Shown here: piece after piece, positions 18,818 through 28,272 of the stretch
How the letters are laid out: every line of letters begins with the position of its first letter
Position numbering within the stretch: the stretch's first letter is position 1
Origin: Vibrio vulnificus CMCP6
GTDB taxonomy: Bacteria; Pseudomonadota; Gammaproteobacteria; Enterobacterales; Vibrionaceae
Assembly: GCF_000039765.1 (NCBI RefSeq)
Contig: NC_004459.3
Location: forward strand, 210,001 to 242,000
Length of the DNA: 32,000 bases
Reading direction: 5' to 3'
Program-made: the position numbers and the translations under genes
The notes under the pieces: model-generated
Databases searched by the model: none
The model's input: the letters and a program-made list of their open reading frames with translations, nothing else
What the model was told of the DNA's origin: nothing

Positions 18818-19939
18818 TTAGAAGTAGTATTCAACACCCACTGAGAACTCAGTGTAATCATCTGACTTCCAACGAGTCTTCGTATTGTCATCTAGTAAAG
18901 TCGCTCCGTCGCCAAAGTCTAGCGTACGAGCACGAGCGTACAGTACTGCAGATGGGTCAACAAAGTACATAACTTGTGCAGAAATTACGTTGTCATCTGT
19001 GTTGTTGATTGTTTTGCCGTTACGCTCTAGCTCAAAGTTAGCCGCGTAGCCCAATTTGTACTGCCAGTCACCCGCGGTGTACATCAAGCCTGCAGTCATT
19101 GCATTTTGCTTCTCGTCAACACCGTTGTTAGCACTTGCTTCCATCATCTTGTATTGAGCGAAGAAAGAAATGCCGTTTTCAAACCAACCTTGAACGCCCA
19201 CTAGGTAAGTATCGTTGTCCCAAGTTTGACCTTCAGCAACAATATTGCGGTTACCTTCGTACGCCGCGTCTAATTGGATTGGACCAATTTTGTAGTGTGC
19301 CGCTAAGCCAGCCCAGAAATCGTCGCCTTCACCAAGGCCAGCCTTGTCACCAGCGCCAGCTGCCACATCTAGAGAGAATGCTTCGCCGTACATTGGAGAG
19401 TCCCAACGGATGGTGTTAGATTGGCGATCTTGGTACTTAGCACCACCGATAGCGCCACCCCAGTCGTATACATCACCTAGACCTGGGTTCGATCCTGGCC
19501 AGTCAACCACTTCGTAAAGCGGAGTCAATACGCGACCAACACGGACTTGACCCATTGATTCACTTTCAAAACCAACGAATGTATCACGTTCACCAAGGCC
19601 AGCACCTTCACCGCCGAAGCTTGGGTCTACATAGCCACCTTCAATTTGCCAAATGAACGTTGGCCCGAAGTTAGCAAAGTTCTTCTTACCGCGGAAACCA
19701 ATGCGCGATTCGTTGTTGAACTGCATGCCACCTAGGTTGTCATCTGTTTTTGCGTCACCAGAATCGTAATCGCGGTAAGCGGCCTGCATCGCAATTACAC
19801 CGTATACTTCGTATGCAAAAGAGTCTTTAGTTAAATAGTTTTTTGCTGCATCGCTGTTCGCACCTTCTGCAAATGCTGCACCACTGAACATTAGGCCAGT
19901 CACTGCTGTTGCTAATAAGCTTTTCTTTAGGTAAGACAT
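18818..19939 (-). CDS. chiP: outer-membrane porin, chitoporin (ChiP)-like
   Basis: 373-aa ORF with a signal peptide (GLMFSGAAFA) and the C-terminal porin signature ...FSVGVEYYF. The sequence closely resembles what I recall of Vibrio chitoporin (VhChiP / VC0972 family). This needs BLAST confirmation. Confidence 0.75.
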   Translation of the reverse strand: MSYLKKSLLATAVTGLMFSGAAFAEGANSDAAKNYLTKDSFAYEVYGVIAMQAAYRDYDSGDAKTDDNLGGMQFNNESRIGFRGKKNFANFGPTFIWQIEGGYVDPSFGGEGAGLGERDTFVGFESESMGQVRVGRVLTPLYEVVDWPGSNPGLGDVYDWGGAIGGAKYQDRQSNTIRWDSPMYGEAFSLDVAAGAGDKAGLGEGDDFWAGLAAHYKIGPIQLDAAYEGNRNIVAEGQTWDNDTYLVGVQGWFENGISFFAQYKMMEASANNGVDEKQNAMTAGLMYTAGDWQYKLGYAANFELERNGKTINNTDDNVISAQVMYFVDPSAVLYARARTLDFGDGATLLDDNTKTRWKSDDYTEFSVGVEYYF

Positions 19940-20355
19940 GTTTAACCCCTATATCTTTTTAGTTTTCCTTGGCTTGCTTACTTCCCTAGGACATAGAACC
20001 AAGCTCACCAGTCATGTTTGGACGGGGCAAATATCTCAGACTTTTTTTTCTTTAAAAAATGGCGACACCAACAACCTGAGCCACTTCAAAATCAACCAAT
20101 AAAAATTAATATAAAAACATTAAAAACAAACACTTAACTTCAAACAAAAAATATAAAAAACGTCAAATTTAGTTTTTTATTGCGACGTGGCGGCAAATAT
20201 GTTGCCGTATCGTGAAGCGACTCACGCAACTTTTAGCTCAATTAACGGAACTTTATATTTCCAAAGAAAAAAGATTGAAGTGCCTCGCAAGGAAATAAGG
20301 CGAAATATCGGTACGGCAAAGCCATTTTGACGTAATTGATTGCACGAACCAATGC

Positions 20356-20386
20356 TTGACCTTCCCCCGGCGGCAAGGTTTATCGT
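20356..20386 (+). promoter_or_regulatory. CueR (MerR-family) regulated copA promoter
   Basis: -35 TTGACC, a 19-nt spacer, then -10 TATCGT. The spacer holds the dyad ACCTTCC-N7-GCAAGGT, closely similar to E. coli PcopA as I recall it. The ORF-track TTG start at 20356 is the -35 box itself. Confidence 0.8.
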
Positions 20387-20418
20387 TATTACCACATTAT
20401 TTCGTGGGAGATAAAAAG

Positions 20419-23157
20419 ATGAACCAATTTACCCTTGCGCTCTCTGGCCTCAACTGCATGGGTTGTGCTCGTAAGGTCGAGAAAGCACTGCATGCCGATC
20501 ACAGTGTCACGATTCAAGCGCTGTCTCCCAAAGAAATCAGCTTAGAGACCCCGTCCACTCTGGCCGAGATTGCTGAGACGATAGAAAAGCTTGGTTATCA
20601 TGCTGGCCATGATTATCACTTCCAGCTTCAAGGGCTTAACTGTGGTCGCTGCGTCAATAAAGTGAACACCTTACTCAGTGAGCACAGCGAGGTGATTCGC
20701 TTCACCGTGAGTAAAACAGAACTTGCTATCACCACCTGCTTGAGTGAACAAGCGGTCATTGAGCTTATTGCTTCTATTGGCTACCAAGCCCTACCTGGGG
20801 ATGCCGCAACAACAGAGGTAGCGCAAGCGAGCGCAGTGACTTCTTTACCATTGCCGCAAAGTGCCCCCCCACTCGACGCTGACTCCTCTCTCTCAGAAGC
20901 GATCACCTCACCGGAACTTCAGGAAAGCATACCGTTACTGATTCAAGGCATGACCTGTGCAAGTTGCGTTTCGTCAGTCGAAAAAGCGCTGCTTTCTGTC
21001 GAAGGAATTGACAAAGCGCAAGTCAATCTTGCAGAGCAAAGCGCACTCGTGTTTACACGCTCAAGCAGAGCGGATTTAACAGAAGCATTGCTTGCCGCCG
21101 TCAAACAATCAGGTTATCAAGCGGAAGTGGTGCTCGACGCTGAACTGACACAACAAAAGCAAAGTGAACAGATGATGCAAGCGCAGCGAAAACACAAAGT
21201 CAGCGCTTTCGCAGGAATAGCCCTTGGTGCGCCACTGATGTTGTGGGGGGTATTAGGTGGCAGCATGAGTATCGAAAACACTCAAGATCAGATCGCATGG
21301 GGAATTGTCGGCTTAGTCTGCCTATTGTTGCTTGCTACCGCGGGAAAAAGTTTCTTTACTAATGCGTGGCAAGCATTAACGCACAAACGCGCCACTATGG
21401 ATACGCTGGTTGCATTGGGGACTGGAACGGCTTGGCTCTACTCGATGTTGGTGGTTTTATTTCCGAGTTGGTTTCCGCAAGCCTCACGCCACGTTTATTT
21501 TGAAGCCAGTGCGATGATTGTCGGCTTGATTTCACTAGGACACTATATCGAAGCGAAAGCCAAAGCGCGTACAACTCAATCACTGCAATCACTGATCAAC
21601 CTTCAGCCTCAAACCGCAAGTTTGATCACCAACCAAGGCGAGCAAACCATCGCCGTTAAACAGATTCAATTGGGGATGAAACTGCGCATCAAGCCGGGAG
21701 AAAAAATCCCCGTTGATGGTTTGGTGATTTCTGGCGAGTCGTATCTCGACGAATCCATGCTCACAGGTGAACCCGTTCCGGTTTTCAAACAAGCGCAAGA
21801 CAACGTTTCTGCTGGCACTCTAAATAATGACGGCAGCTTAATTATTCAAGCAACTGGGATCGGTGCTGATACCATGCTGGCTCGTATTATCCGTATGGTG
21901 CGTCAGGCGCAAAGCAGTAAGCCCGCTATCGCCAAACTGGCGGATCAGATTTCATCGGTCTTCGTGCCTGTTGTCGTGGCCATTGCCCTTTTCTCTGCGG
22001 CAATTTGGTTTTTCGTTGGCCCTGAGCCAAAAGCCAGTTACATGTTAGTGGTCACCACCACCGTACTGATCATCGCGTGCCCCTGCGCACTCGGCCTTGC
22101 GACCCCATTGTCGGTGACGGTGGGGGTTGGTAAAGCGGCTGAAATGGGCATTTTGATCCGAGATGCAGATGTGCTGCAATCGGCCAGCAAAATCGACACC
22201 GTGGTATTCGACAAAACCGGCACCTTGACCCAAGGGGCACCCAAAGTCCAAGCGCTTTATGCCTTTGACTACGATCAGCAGCATTTACGTTCACTGCTGT
22301 TGAGTGCCGAACAGCAATCAGAGCATCCACTCGCCAAAGCGATTGTGGCAGACGCCCTACACCACAAAGCACCAGAGCTTGAGGTAAACCAGTTTGAAAA
22401 TATGCGAGGCAAAGGGGTTAGTGCCGTCATTGCGGGGGATGAACTGTTGGTGGTGTCATTAAATCACTTACAAGCACAGCAATTTGATTTGAGTGTCGCC
22501 ACTGAGGCGATTGACGAATGTGCGCAAAACGCGTGGACGCCAGTCGCTGCCGTGCTTAACCAGCGTTTAATCGGCATGATCGCCATTTCAGACCCAATCA
22601 AGAGCGATTCTAAACAAGCTATCCAAGCCTTGAAGAGAGAAGGCATCCACACCGTAATGCTAACAGGTGACAACCAAAGCGTGGCCAATGCCATTGCTCA
22701 AGAGTTGGGTATCGATGAAGTCATCGCGCAAGTGCTGCCTGATGAGAAAGCGAGCCATATTGAACGCCTTCAATTGCAAGGTCGCAAAGTCGCCATGGTC
22801 GGTGACGGCATTAATGACGCGCCAGCTCTAGCCTTGGCCGATATTGGCATTGCGATGGGCAGTGGCAGCGATGTGGCGATTGAAAGCGCACAGATGACGC
22901 TGCTCAACTCATCACCACTTGCCGTTCTCAACGCCATTGAACTGTCCAAAGCGACGGTGAAAAACATGAAGCAAAATCTCTTTGGTGCCTTTATTTACAA
23001 CTCTTTGGGTATTCCGGTGGCAGCTGGCGTACTGTATCCTGTATCCGGTTTTCTTTTGAGTCCTGTGGTGGCTGGTGCAGCCATGGCACTCTCTTCCATT
23101 ACCGTGGTCAGCAACGCCAATCGACTACGCTTATTTAAAACGACAACACGCTCTTAG
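20419..23157 (+). CDS. copA: Cu(I)-exporting P1B-type ATPase CopA
   Basis: The start is moved to the ATG at 20419 (GGGAG Shine-Dalgarno 9 nt upstream). There are three N-terminal HMA domains (NCMGC, NCGRC, MTCASC). The CPC motif (IIACPCALG), DKTGT and GDGINDAP are all present. Confidence 0.95.
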   Translation: MNQFTLALSGLNCMGCARKVEKALHADHSVTIQALSPKEISLETPSTLAEIAETIEKLGYHAGHDYHFQLQGLNCGRCVNKVNTLLSEHSEVIRFTVSKTELAITTCLSEQAVIELIASIGYQALPGDAATTEVAQASAVTSLPLPQSAPPLDADSSLSEAITSPELQESIPLLIQGMTCASCVSSVEKALLSVEGIDKAQVNLAEQSALVFTRSSRADLTEALLAAVKQSGYQAEVVLDAELTQQKQSEQMMQAQRKHKVSAFAGIALGAPLMLWGVLGGSMSIENTQDQIAWGIVGLVCLLLLATAGKSFFTNAWQALTHKRATMDTLVALGTGTAWLYSMLVVLFPSWFPQASRHVYFEASAMIVGLISLGHYIEAKAKARTTQSLQSLINLQPQTASLITNQGEQTIAVKQIQLGMKLRIKPGEKIPVDGLVISGESYLDESMLTGEPVPVFKQAQDNVSAGTLNNDGSLIIQATGIGADTMLARIIRMVRQAQSSKPAIAKLADQISSVFVPVVVAIALFSAAIWFFVGPEPKASYMLVVTTTVLIIACPCALGLATPLSVTVGVGKAAEMGILIRDADVLQSASKIDTVVFDKTGTLTQGAPKVQALYAFDYDQQHLRSLLLSAEQQSEHPLAKAIVADALHHKAPELEVNQFENMRGKGVSAVIAGDELLVVSLNHLQAQQFDLSVATEAIDECAQNAWTPVAAVLNQRLIGMIAISDPIKSDSKQAIQALKREGIHTVMLTGDNQSVANAIAQELGIDEVIAQVLPDEKASHIERLQLQGRKVAMVGDGINDAPALALADIGIAMGSGSDVAIESAQMTLLNSSPLAVLNAIELSKATVKNMKQNLFGAFIYNSLGIPVAAGVLYPVSGFLLSPVVAGAAMALSSITVVSNANRLRLFKTTTRS

Positions 23158-23165
23158 GGGTCACT

Positions 23166-23615
23166 ATGAAACTAAAAACACTTACTCTTATGCTGCTGAC
23201 AGGTCTGTCAGCAAATGTTTTGGCAGCGGATGTCATCAACCATAAATCGCCATACTGTGGATGCTGTGGCGAATGGACCAAACACATGGAAGAGAATGGT
23301 TTCACCGTTAAAGAAGAGCTTCATGAAGACATGAACACCGTCAAACAGAAACTCGGTTTGAAGAACGATCAGCTTTACTCTTGTCACACGGCAGAAATCA
23401 ATGGCTTCGTTTTTGAAGGGCATATTCCTGCAGAAGACATCAAAGCGTTCTTAGAAAATCCACCACGCAATGCGAAAGGCCTTGCGGTTCCGGGCATGCC
23501 AATGGGCTCTCCGGGCATGGAGTATGGTGATAAAAAAGACAGCTACTCTGTGTATGCCTTTAACGAACAAGGTCAAGTGTTTGAGTATCGCCGCCATGAA
23601 GGCAATCAAAAATAG
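23166..23615 (+). CDS. copG: periplasmic DUF411 copper-resistance protein (CopG-like)
   Basis: 149-aa ORF starting 8 nt after copA. It has a signal peptide and the motifs SPYCGCCGEW and GMPMGSPGME characteristic of DUF411/CopG. Confidence 0.8.
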   Translation: MKLKTLTLMLLTGLSANVLAADVINHKSPYCGCCGEWTKHMEENGFTVKEELHEDMNTVKQKLGLKNDQLYSCHTAEINGFVFEGHIPAEDIKAFLENPPRNAKGLAVPGMPMGSPGMEYGDKKDSYSVYAFNEQGQVFEYRRHEGNQK

Positions 23616-23633
23616 CGATTGAACAATAAAGAG

Positions 23634-23658
23634 AAAAACCCAGCTGAGCTGGGTTTTT
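23634..23658. terminator. bidirectional terminator between copG and the chitobiase gene
   Basis: Stem aaaaacccagc / gctgggttttt with T-rich tails on both strands. It sits between convergent genes. Confidence 0.8.
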
Positions 23659-23678
23659 CTTTCTTTACGCGCTAAGCA

Positions 23679-26330
23679 TTACTTCACACTTGTTACTCGG
23701 CTTGCTTTCTCGCCTGTCGCAGACACAGAACGGATAAAGACTTCACCTTCTACGGTTGGACGAGCATCATCCGCGTACGTCAGCCAGTTTTTGCCGTCTA
23801 GCGAGTATTGAAGCGTGACGCCAGGGAACTGAACGTTCATAGCTAGCTTACCCCCTTCGACTTTCGCACCCGGTACAGGTAGGCGGTAGTCGATGCCTGA
23901 TTTTTCCAGTTTCGCCAGTTCACGTTGACCAAGTACGTTGGCAAAGCGGTTGTAGTCTAGGTTTAGTGCTGCTTTGTCTACTAGGTTAGAGTTTTGCGAG
24001 TATTCAACACCCACTTTGTAGTCGTTTTCCCAATCCGCTCGGTGCCATGCACGCTCAGCGGCTGCCAGTACGCGAGGGAATACCATGTACTCATATTGCT
24101 CATCGTTACGCACGGTTTCAGACCAAAGCTGTGCTGATAGACCGTAGAAAGGTTTCGCTTCGATTTCACCTTTACCCGTAAAGCCATTGCCGTCACGGTC
24201 TAGAGAGGTTTCTGCGTTTTGCGGCATGTTCTCTGGCGCAAAGCCGAACATCTTACGCGTATCCGTTGCACGTGTTGCCCAGTAGTAACCACGCTCTTTC
24301 GGGTCTACTTCGTATGGCATATCCATGTAGACGTAATCTGGGTTAGAAACGATCACGTCGTAACCTTTCTTAGACCACTCGTACACTGATGAAGTACCGC
24401 CCCAGTACAGAACGTCCCAGAAGTTTACGCGAGTATTTTCTGTTGCGAACGCGTTCTCACCTTCACTGTACTTCAAGCCATCTTGCCATGCTTGGAAGTT
24501 TGAAATGCCCTTCTCAGCCACGATCTTCGACACTTGCTCAGCAAAGTGACTTGGCAGATGACCGAAGTCACTGACTGTGCCATCGGTAATGAGCGTCTGA
24601 CATTGTGGCGACTGGGCAAATGGCTTGTCTTGCTTAGACAGGTCAATCGTGCCTTTCCAGCTAACTTTGTCTTGCGCGTTAACGTCTTGGAAACCAGCAC
24701 CTAGCTTAATGTTCTTCGCTTCGTCACCACCGAAGTGCCATGTTGTTAGCGGTGCGCCCGCTTCTAGGTGCATGGCTGCCACTTCTGAAATCACCTTATC
24801 AACAAAGCGAGTTGAAGACTCCATACATGGGTTGATAAAGCTTTGCTTATCGTAGAACTGAACCGTCGTCACGTTCGATGTATCTTGAGGATCCATCAGG
24901 CGGAACTCGTTCGCTTGTGCTTCTTTTCCTTCGGCCATGAGACGATCGTAACGTGCCTCCATCGATACCACTGCGGCACGAGCGTGGGCTGGCATATCGA
25001 TTTCTGGAATCACTTCAATGTTACGTGCTTTGGCGTACTTCAAAATTTCCACGTAGTCTGCTTTGCTGAAGTAGCCAGAACCAAAGTTGTCTGACGTTGA
25101 ACCCGAGCCAAGCTGAGGCAATAAACAGCTTTTCTCTTCAATGTCGAAACAACGATTAGCACCCACTTCGGTCAGCTCAGGCAGACCCGGGATTTCTAAA
25201 CGCCAGCCTTCATCGTCCGTTAAGTGAAGGTGTAGTTTGTTCATCTTGTACGCTGCCATTTGGTCTAGCGTGGCAAGAATGGCGTCTTTAGAGTGGAAGT
25301 TACGAGCCACATCCACCATCACGCCACGGTAATCAAAACGAGGCGCGTCTTTGATCGACAGTTGTGGTAGAGAATCCGCATTTTGGCTATCTATCAGGCC
25401 AAAGATAGATTGCACTGCGTAGAAAGCACCGGCTTGGTCAAACGCTTTAATCGCAATACCGCCGCCTTGAATGCTCATCTCGTAAGCACCCGATTTTGCT
25501 AACTCACCGGTGAAGTCCGCAGGAACAACCGTGATGCTAACCGGAACATCACCGCGAACATTCACACCAACCACTTCTGCACGTTCTTGAATTGCTGCAA
25601 ATTGAGCTGCATCGAATGCGTCTTTAGGCAGCGCAATACCCGCCGCGATATCAACAGTGCCCTTGCCTGCTTCCACAAACAGTGGCGTCGGTAGCAGCGT
25701 AGTTGATACATCTTGTTTTGCTAGGTCTTCGTTCTTCTCGAAGCGAGACACAGCACTCGCGAATACGTTGTTGTCATCTGGCGTACGTTTTAGGTTGTTA
25801 CCTTCAAGACCGGCCACGAAAGATGCCACATCTTCGGTGTTTAGAGAGGCAATCATCTTTGGCTCTGCGTTTGGCGCAGTGACGAAAGCACCTGGCATGA
25901 AATCGGTTTCAAACAACGTCCAGTATTCACCAATCAGAGGCAGTACGACTTCTTCACCCGCGGCAAAACCATCAAATTTATCCGTCGGTTCTAATTTGTG
26001 TAGGTCACCCGTGACACGAGAAATTTTAAATTGGTCATTTTCCACATCTAAAATCAGACGGATGCTGTGAAAGTAAATGGCCCAATCTTTGGCATTGACG
26101 GCATCACCTTGATTCACCAGCGTCATATTCACTCGGTTACAAGAAGCCCATTCAGCCCCCATATCACCACAGGCGAGCCCCTCGTTCGCGCCATGATTTG
26201 TCATAACTTGGTATTGAATGTCCAAATTATCCGCTAATGAATTGACGACACGTTGCTCATCACTTTGTAATGTAGAGCAACCCGCCAAAGAGGCGATAAC
26301 CGACGCAGCAATTAAAGTTTGTTTCAACAT
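23679..26330 (-). CDS. chb: GH20 beta-N-acetylhexosaminidase (chitobiase), lipoprotein
   Basis: The ORF-track start at 26399 adds 23 implausible residues. The ATG at 26330 gives MLKQTLIAASVIASLAGC (lipobox). The GH20 catalytic region is present (HLHLTDDEGWRLEIPGLPELT, HFGGDE). The 883-aa size matches Vibrio chitobiase. Confidence 0.9.
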   Translation of the reverse strand: MLKQTLIAASVIASLAGCSTLQSDEQRVVNSLADNLDIQYQVMTNHGANEGLACGDMGAEWASCNRVNMTLVNQGDAVNAKDWAIYFHSIRLILDVENDQFKISRVTGDLHKLEPTDKFDGFAAGEEVVLPLIGEYWTLFETDFMPGAFVTAPNAEPKMIASLNTEDVASFVAGLEGNNLKRTPDDNNVFASAVSRFEKNEDLAKQDVSTTLLPTPLFVEAGKGTVDIAAGIALPKDAFDAAQFAAIQERAEVVGVNVRGDVPVSITVVPADFTGELAKSGAYEMSIQGGGIAIKAFDQAGAFYAVQSIFGLIDSQNADSLPQLSIKDAPRFDYRGVMVDVARNFHSKDAILATLDQMAAYKMNKLHLHLTDDEGWRLEIPGLPELTEVGANRCFDIEEKSCLLPQLGSGSTSDNFGSGYFSKADYVEILKYAKARNIEVIPEIDMPAHARAAVVSMEARYDRLMAEGKEAQANEFRLMDPQDTSNVTTVQFYDKQSFINPCMESSTRFVDKVISEVAAMHLEAGAPLTTWHFGGDEAKNIKLGAGFQDVNAQDKVSWKGTIDLSKQDKPFAQSPQCQTLITDGTVSDFGHLPSHFAEQVSKIVAEKGISNFQAWQDGLKYSEGENAFATENTRVNFWDVLYWGGTSSVYEWSKKGYDVIVSNPDYVYMDMPYEVDPKERGYYWATRATDTRKMFGFAPENMPQNAETSLDRDGNGFTGKGEIEAKPFYGLSAQLWSETVRNDEQYEYMVFPRVLAAAERAWHRADWENDYKVGVEYSQNSNLVDKAALNLDYNRFANVLGQRELAKLEKSGIDYRLPVPGAKVEGGKLAMNVQFPGVTLQYSLDGKNWLTYADDARPTVEGEVFIRSVSATGEKASRVTSVK

Positions 26331-26743
26331 CTTACTTACCCTAAAACTTAGAAAACCAATCCAGCCAAAACGGCTGTTACTTACCAATGCACTCAACATA
26401 CAGCGAGTTTTTTCTAAGCGTAAAATTAATAAGCAGGAGAAGTGATCTACTTCAAACTGCGATCGAAAATGGAAAATATAAAAACTTAAATTTCAATAAG
26501 TTACAATGAACGTTAAATTCGTAATTTCATTTTTGACGAGTTTTTATCAAATACAGATCACAAAAACATCAACACAATGGACACTATTGAAAGAAATTTC
26601 CCACAATGGCGACGTGCTTTAAAATTCAAATCATCAGAATTTGACGTTGAAATTGAGTATTTGATCGCACTTTTAGCTCCGTTAACGCTCGTCATTTTTA
26701 TCAAATCAACAAATTTGCCGGAACATTTTTCAGGGAGTAAAAC

Positions 26744-27604
26744 ATGCTCAAGCTCGTTACCCTTATTATTGCGATTGCCACTCTCGTTCCCACGGTACTT
26801 GCCGAACCATTAGTGTGGAAAGCCACCAAAGGTAAAACGGAATTCAGGATATTAGGCTCGATTCATGTAGGAAGCGATGCACTGTACCCGCTACCCAATG
26901 AGATAGAAAACACCATCGCTAACAGCCAAGCTCTCATTGTGGAGGCCGATTTATCGCAATTGAATCAAGTGACTTATCCACCTCAACGCTATGTCAGCCA
27001 GCAAGTCCTCACCGATGAACAGAAACAGCAGCTGCAACAAATCGCCAATGAGCTCGGCTTGCCCTATCAGCAATTGATGCTTGCTCCGCCGTGGGCAAGT
27101 GCCTTAACCATCCAAATGGCTCAAGTACAAAAACTGGGGTACCACTCAGAACTTGGCGTGGATACTTATCTCATTCAAAAAGCACGTCAACATGGTGTCC
27201 CTCTTCATCCGTTGGAAAGTGCGCAATTTCAAATCGATCTACTCACCAAAACACCTCAAGATGGCAAAGAATTGCTGACTAGTGCGCTGTCAGAGTTTAG
27301 TGAAAGTGAGCAGTTACTCTCTTGTTTGGTTGAGAGCTGGCAAAAAGGCGACAAACAAAAATTGGTGGAGTTCGCTAACCTGTCAGAGATCTCCCCTGAG
27401 TTGGAAAAAGCCATGCTGACGGATAGAAATCACGATTGGGTCCAAAAGCTCTCTCAACTTGCTCAAGAGGAGCCAGGGCATTATGCGGTGGTGGTCGGTG
27501 CGTTGCATCTGGTAGGCAAAGAGAATCTCATTGCACTGCTCGAGCAATCCGGTTTTAAAACCGAGCAACTGACCCAAAGCCAGCCTGCGCAATGCCATTT
27601 CTAA
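26744..27604 (+). CDS. TraB/GumN family periplasmic protein
   Basis: 286-aa ORF with an AGGGAG Shine-Dalgarno, a signal peptide, and LVWKATKGKTEFRILGSIHVG (GumN-type motif). Confidence 0.75.
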   Translation: MLKLVTLIIAIATLVPTVLAEPLVWKATKGKTEFRILGSIHVGSDALYPLPNEIENTIANSQALIVEADLSQLNQVTYPPQRYVSQQVLTDEQKQQLQQIANELGLPYQQLMLAPPWASALTIQMAQVQKLGYHSELGVDTYLIQKARQHGVPLHPLESAQFQIDLLTKTPQDGKELLTSALSEFSESEQLLSCLVESWQKGDKQKLVEFANLSEISPELEKAMLTDRNHDWVQKLSQLAQEEPGHYAVVVGALHLVGKENLIALLEQSGFKTEQLTQSQPAQCHF

Positions 27605-27622
27605 TTTTGGCCACCTCATAAA

Positions 27623-27939
27623 AGGTTCGACATCAGCAAACAAACTTTGCCTCACCCCAAAACGACGAAAGCCTGCTATAAAAGCAGGCTTTCTAAAAGT
27701 GGCCGGTGAAGAGCCATATTCTAACGTCAAGCGAACCCCACGAGGTTCGACATCAGCAAACAAACTTAGCCTCACCCCAAAAACGATGAAAGCCTGCTAT
27801 AAAGCACGCTTTCTAAAAGTGGCCGGTGAAGAGCCATATTCTAACGTCAGGCGAACCCCACGAGGTTCGGCATCAGCAAACAAACTTTGCCTCACCCCAA
27901 AACGATGAAAGCCTGCTATAAAAGCAGGCTTTCTTAAAG

Positions 27940-27953
<14 letters not shown>
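27623..27953. repeat. 120-bp tandem repeat, 2.76 units, linked to the tRNA-Pro 3' end
   Basis: The period is exactly 120 bp (ggttcg at 27624, 27744 and 27864). Units are ~95% identical. Each carries a 14-nt copy of the tRNA-Pro acceptor/CCA end plus the downstream terminator hairpin. Confidence 0.9.
27897..27932 (-). terminator. rho-independent terminator of tRNA-Pro (first copy of the repeated hairpin)
   Basis: Stem aaagcctgc / gcaggcttt at 27908-27932, followed on the minus strand by TTTCATCGTTTT. Confidence 0.7.
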
Positions 27954-28016
<63 letters not shown>

Positions 28017-28055
28017 AGATGTTTTACAGAAGCTTTGTTCCGTCAACGGATGCGT

Positions 28056-28083
28056 ATATTACGGATTCTGGCTGACGACGCAA
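28056..28083 (-). promoter_or_regulatory. candidate sigma70 promoter for tRNA-Pro
   Basis: The minus strand reads TTGCGT, a 16-nt spacer, then TAATAT. A GC-rich discriminator (ACGCATCC) follows and an A-rich UP-like tract (ACAAAAAAAC) precedes it. Confidence 0.5.
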
Positions 28084-28272
28084 GAGCTAAGCGCAGTTTT
28101 TTTGTAATAATTTATCCGTTTGCTTATTCCGCCACCAGTAGCACATAAAATGTGAGCAGAAACACACCAATAAAAACATGTCGTTAACTTATGCAACACA
28201 ATTGATCCAGATCAGTGTGCAAAATAGCACCAGCTTTTAACTTTACCCTGTCTTCACACTTTGGAGGAAACC

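Noticed and set aside
20182-20189. 8-mer GCGACGTG shared by the chiP (20182) and chitobiase (26609) upstream regions
   Set aside because: One or two shared 8-mers are expected by chance between two ~400-bp regions, and the spacing to the 19-bp motif differs (47 versus 60 bp).
20527-20533. CCCAAAG heptamer in copA, reminiscent of the E. coli copA programmed -1 frameshift site that produces the CopA(Z) chaperone
   Set aside because: With the ATG at 20419, the zero frame reads CCC AAA G, not C CCA AAG, so the heptamer is in the wrong phase for X XXY YYZ slippage. It also lies at codon 37, in the middle of the first HMA domain rather than after it.
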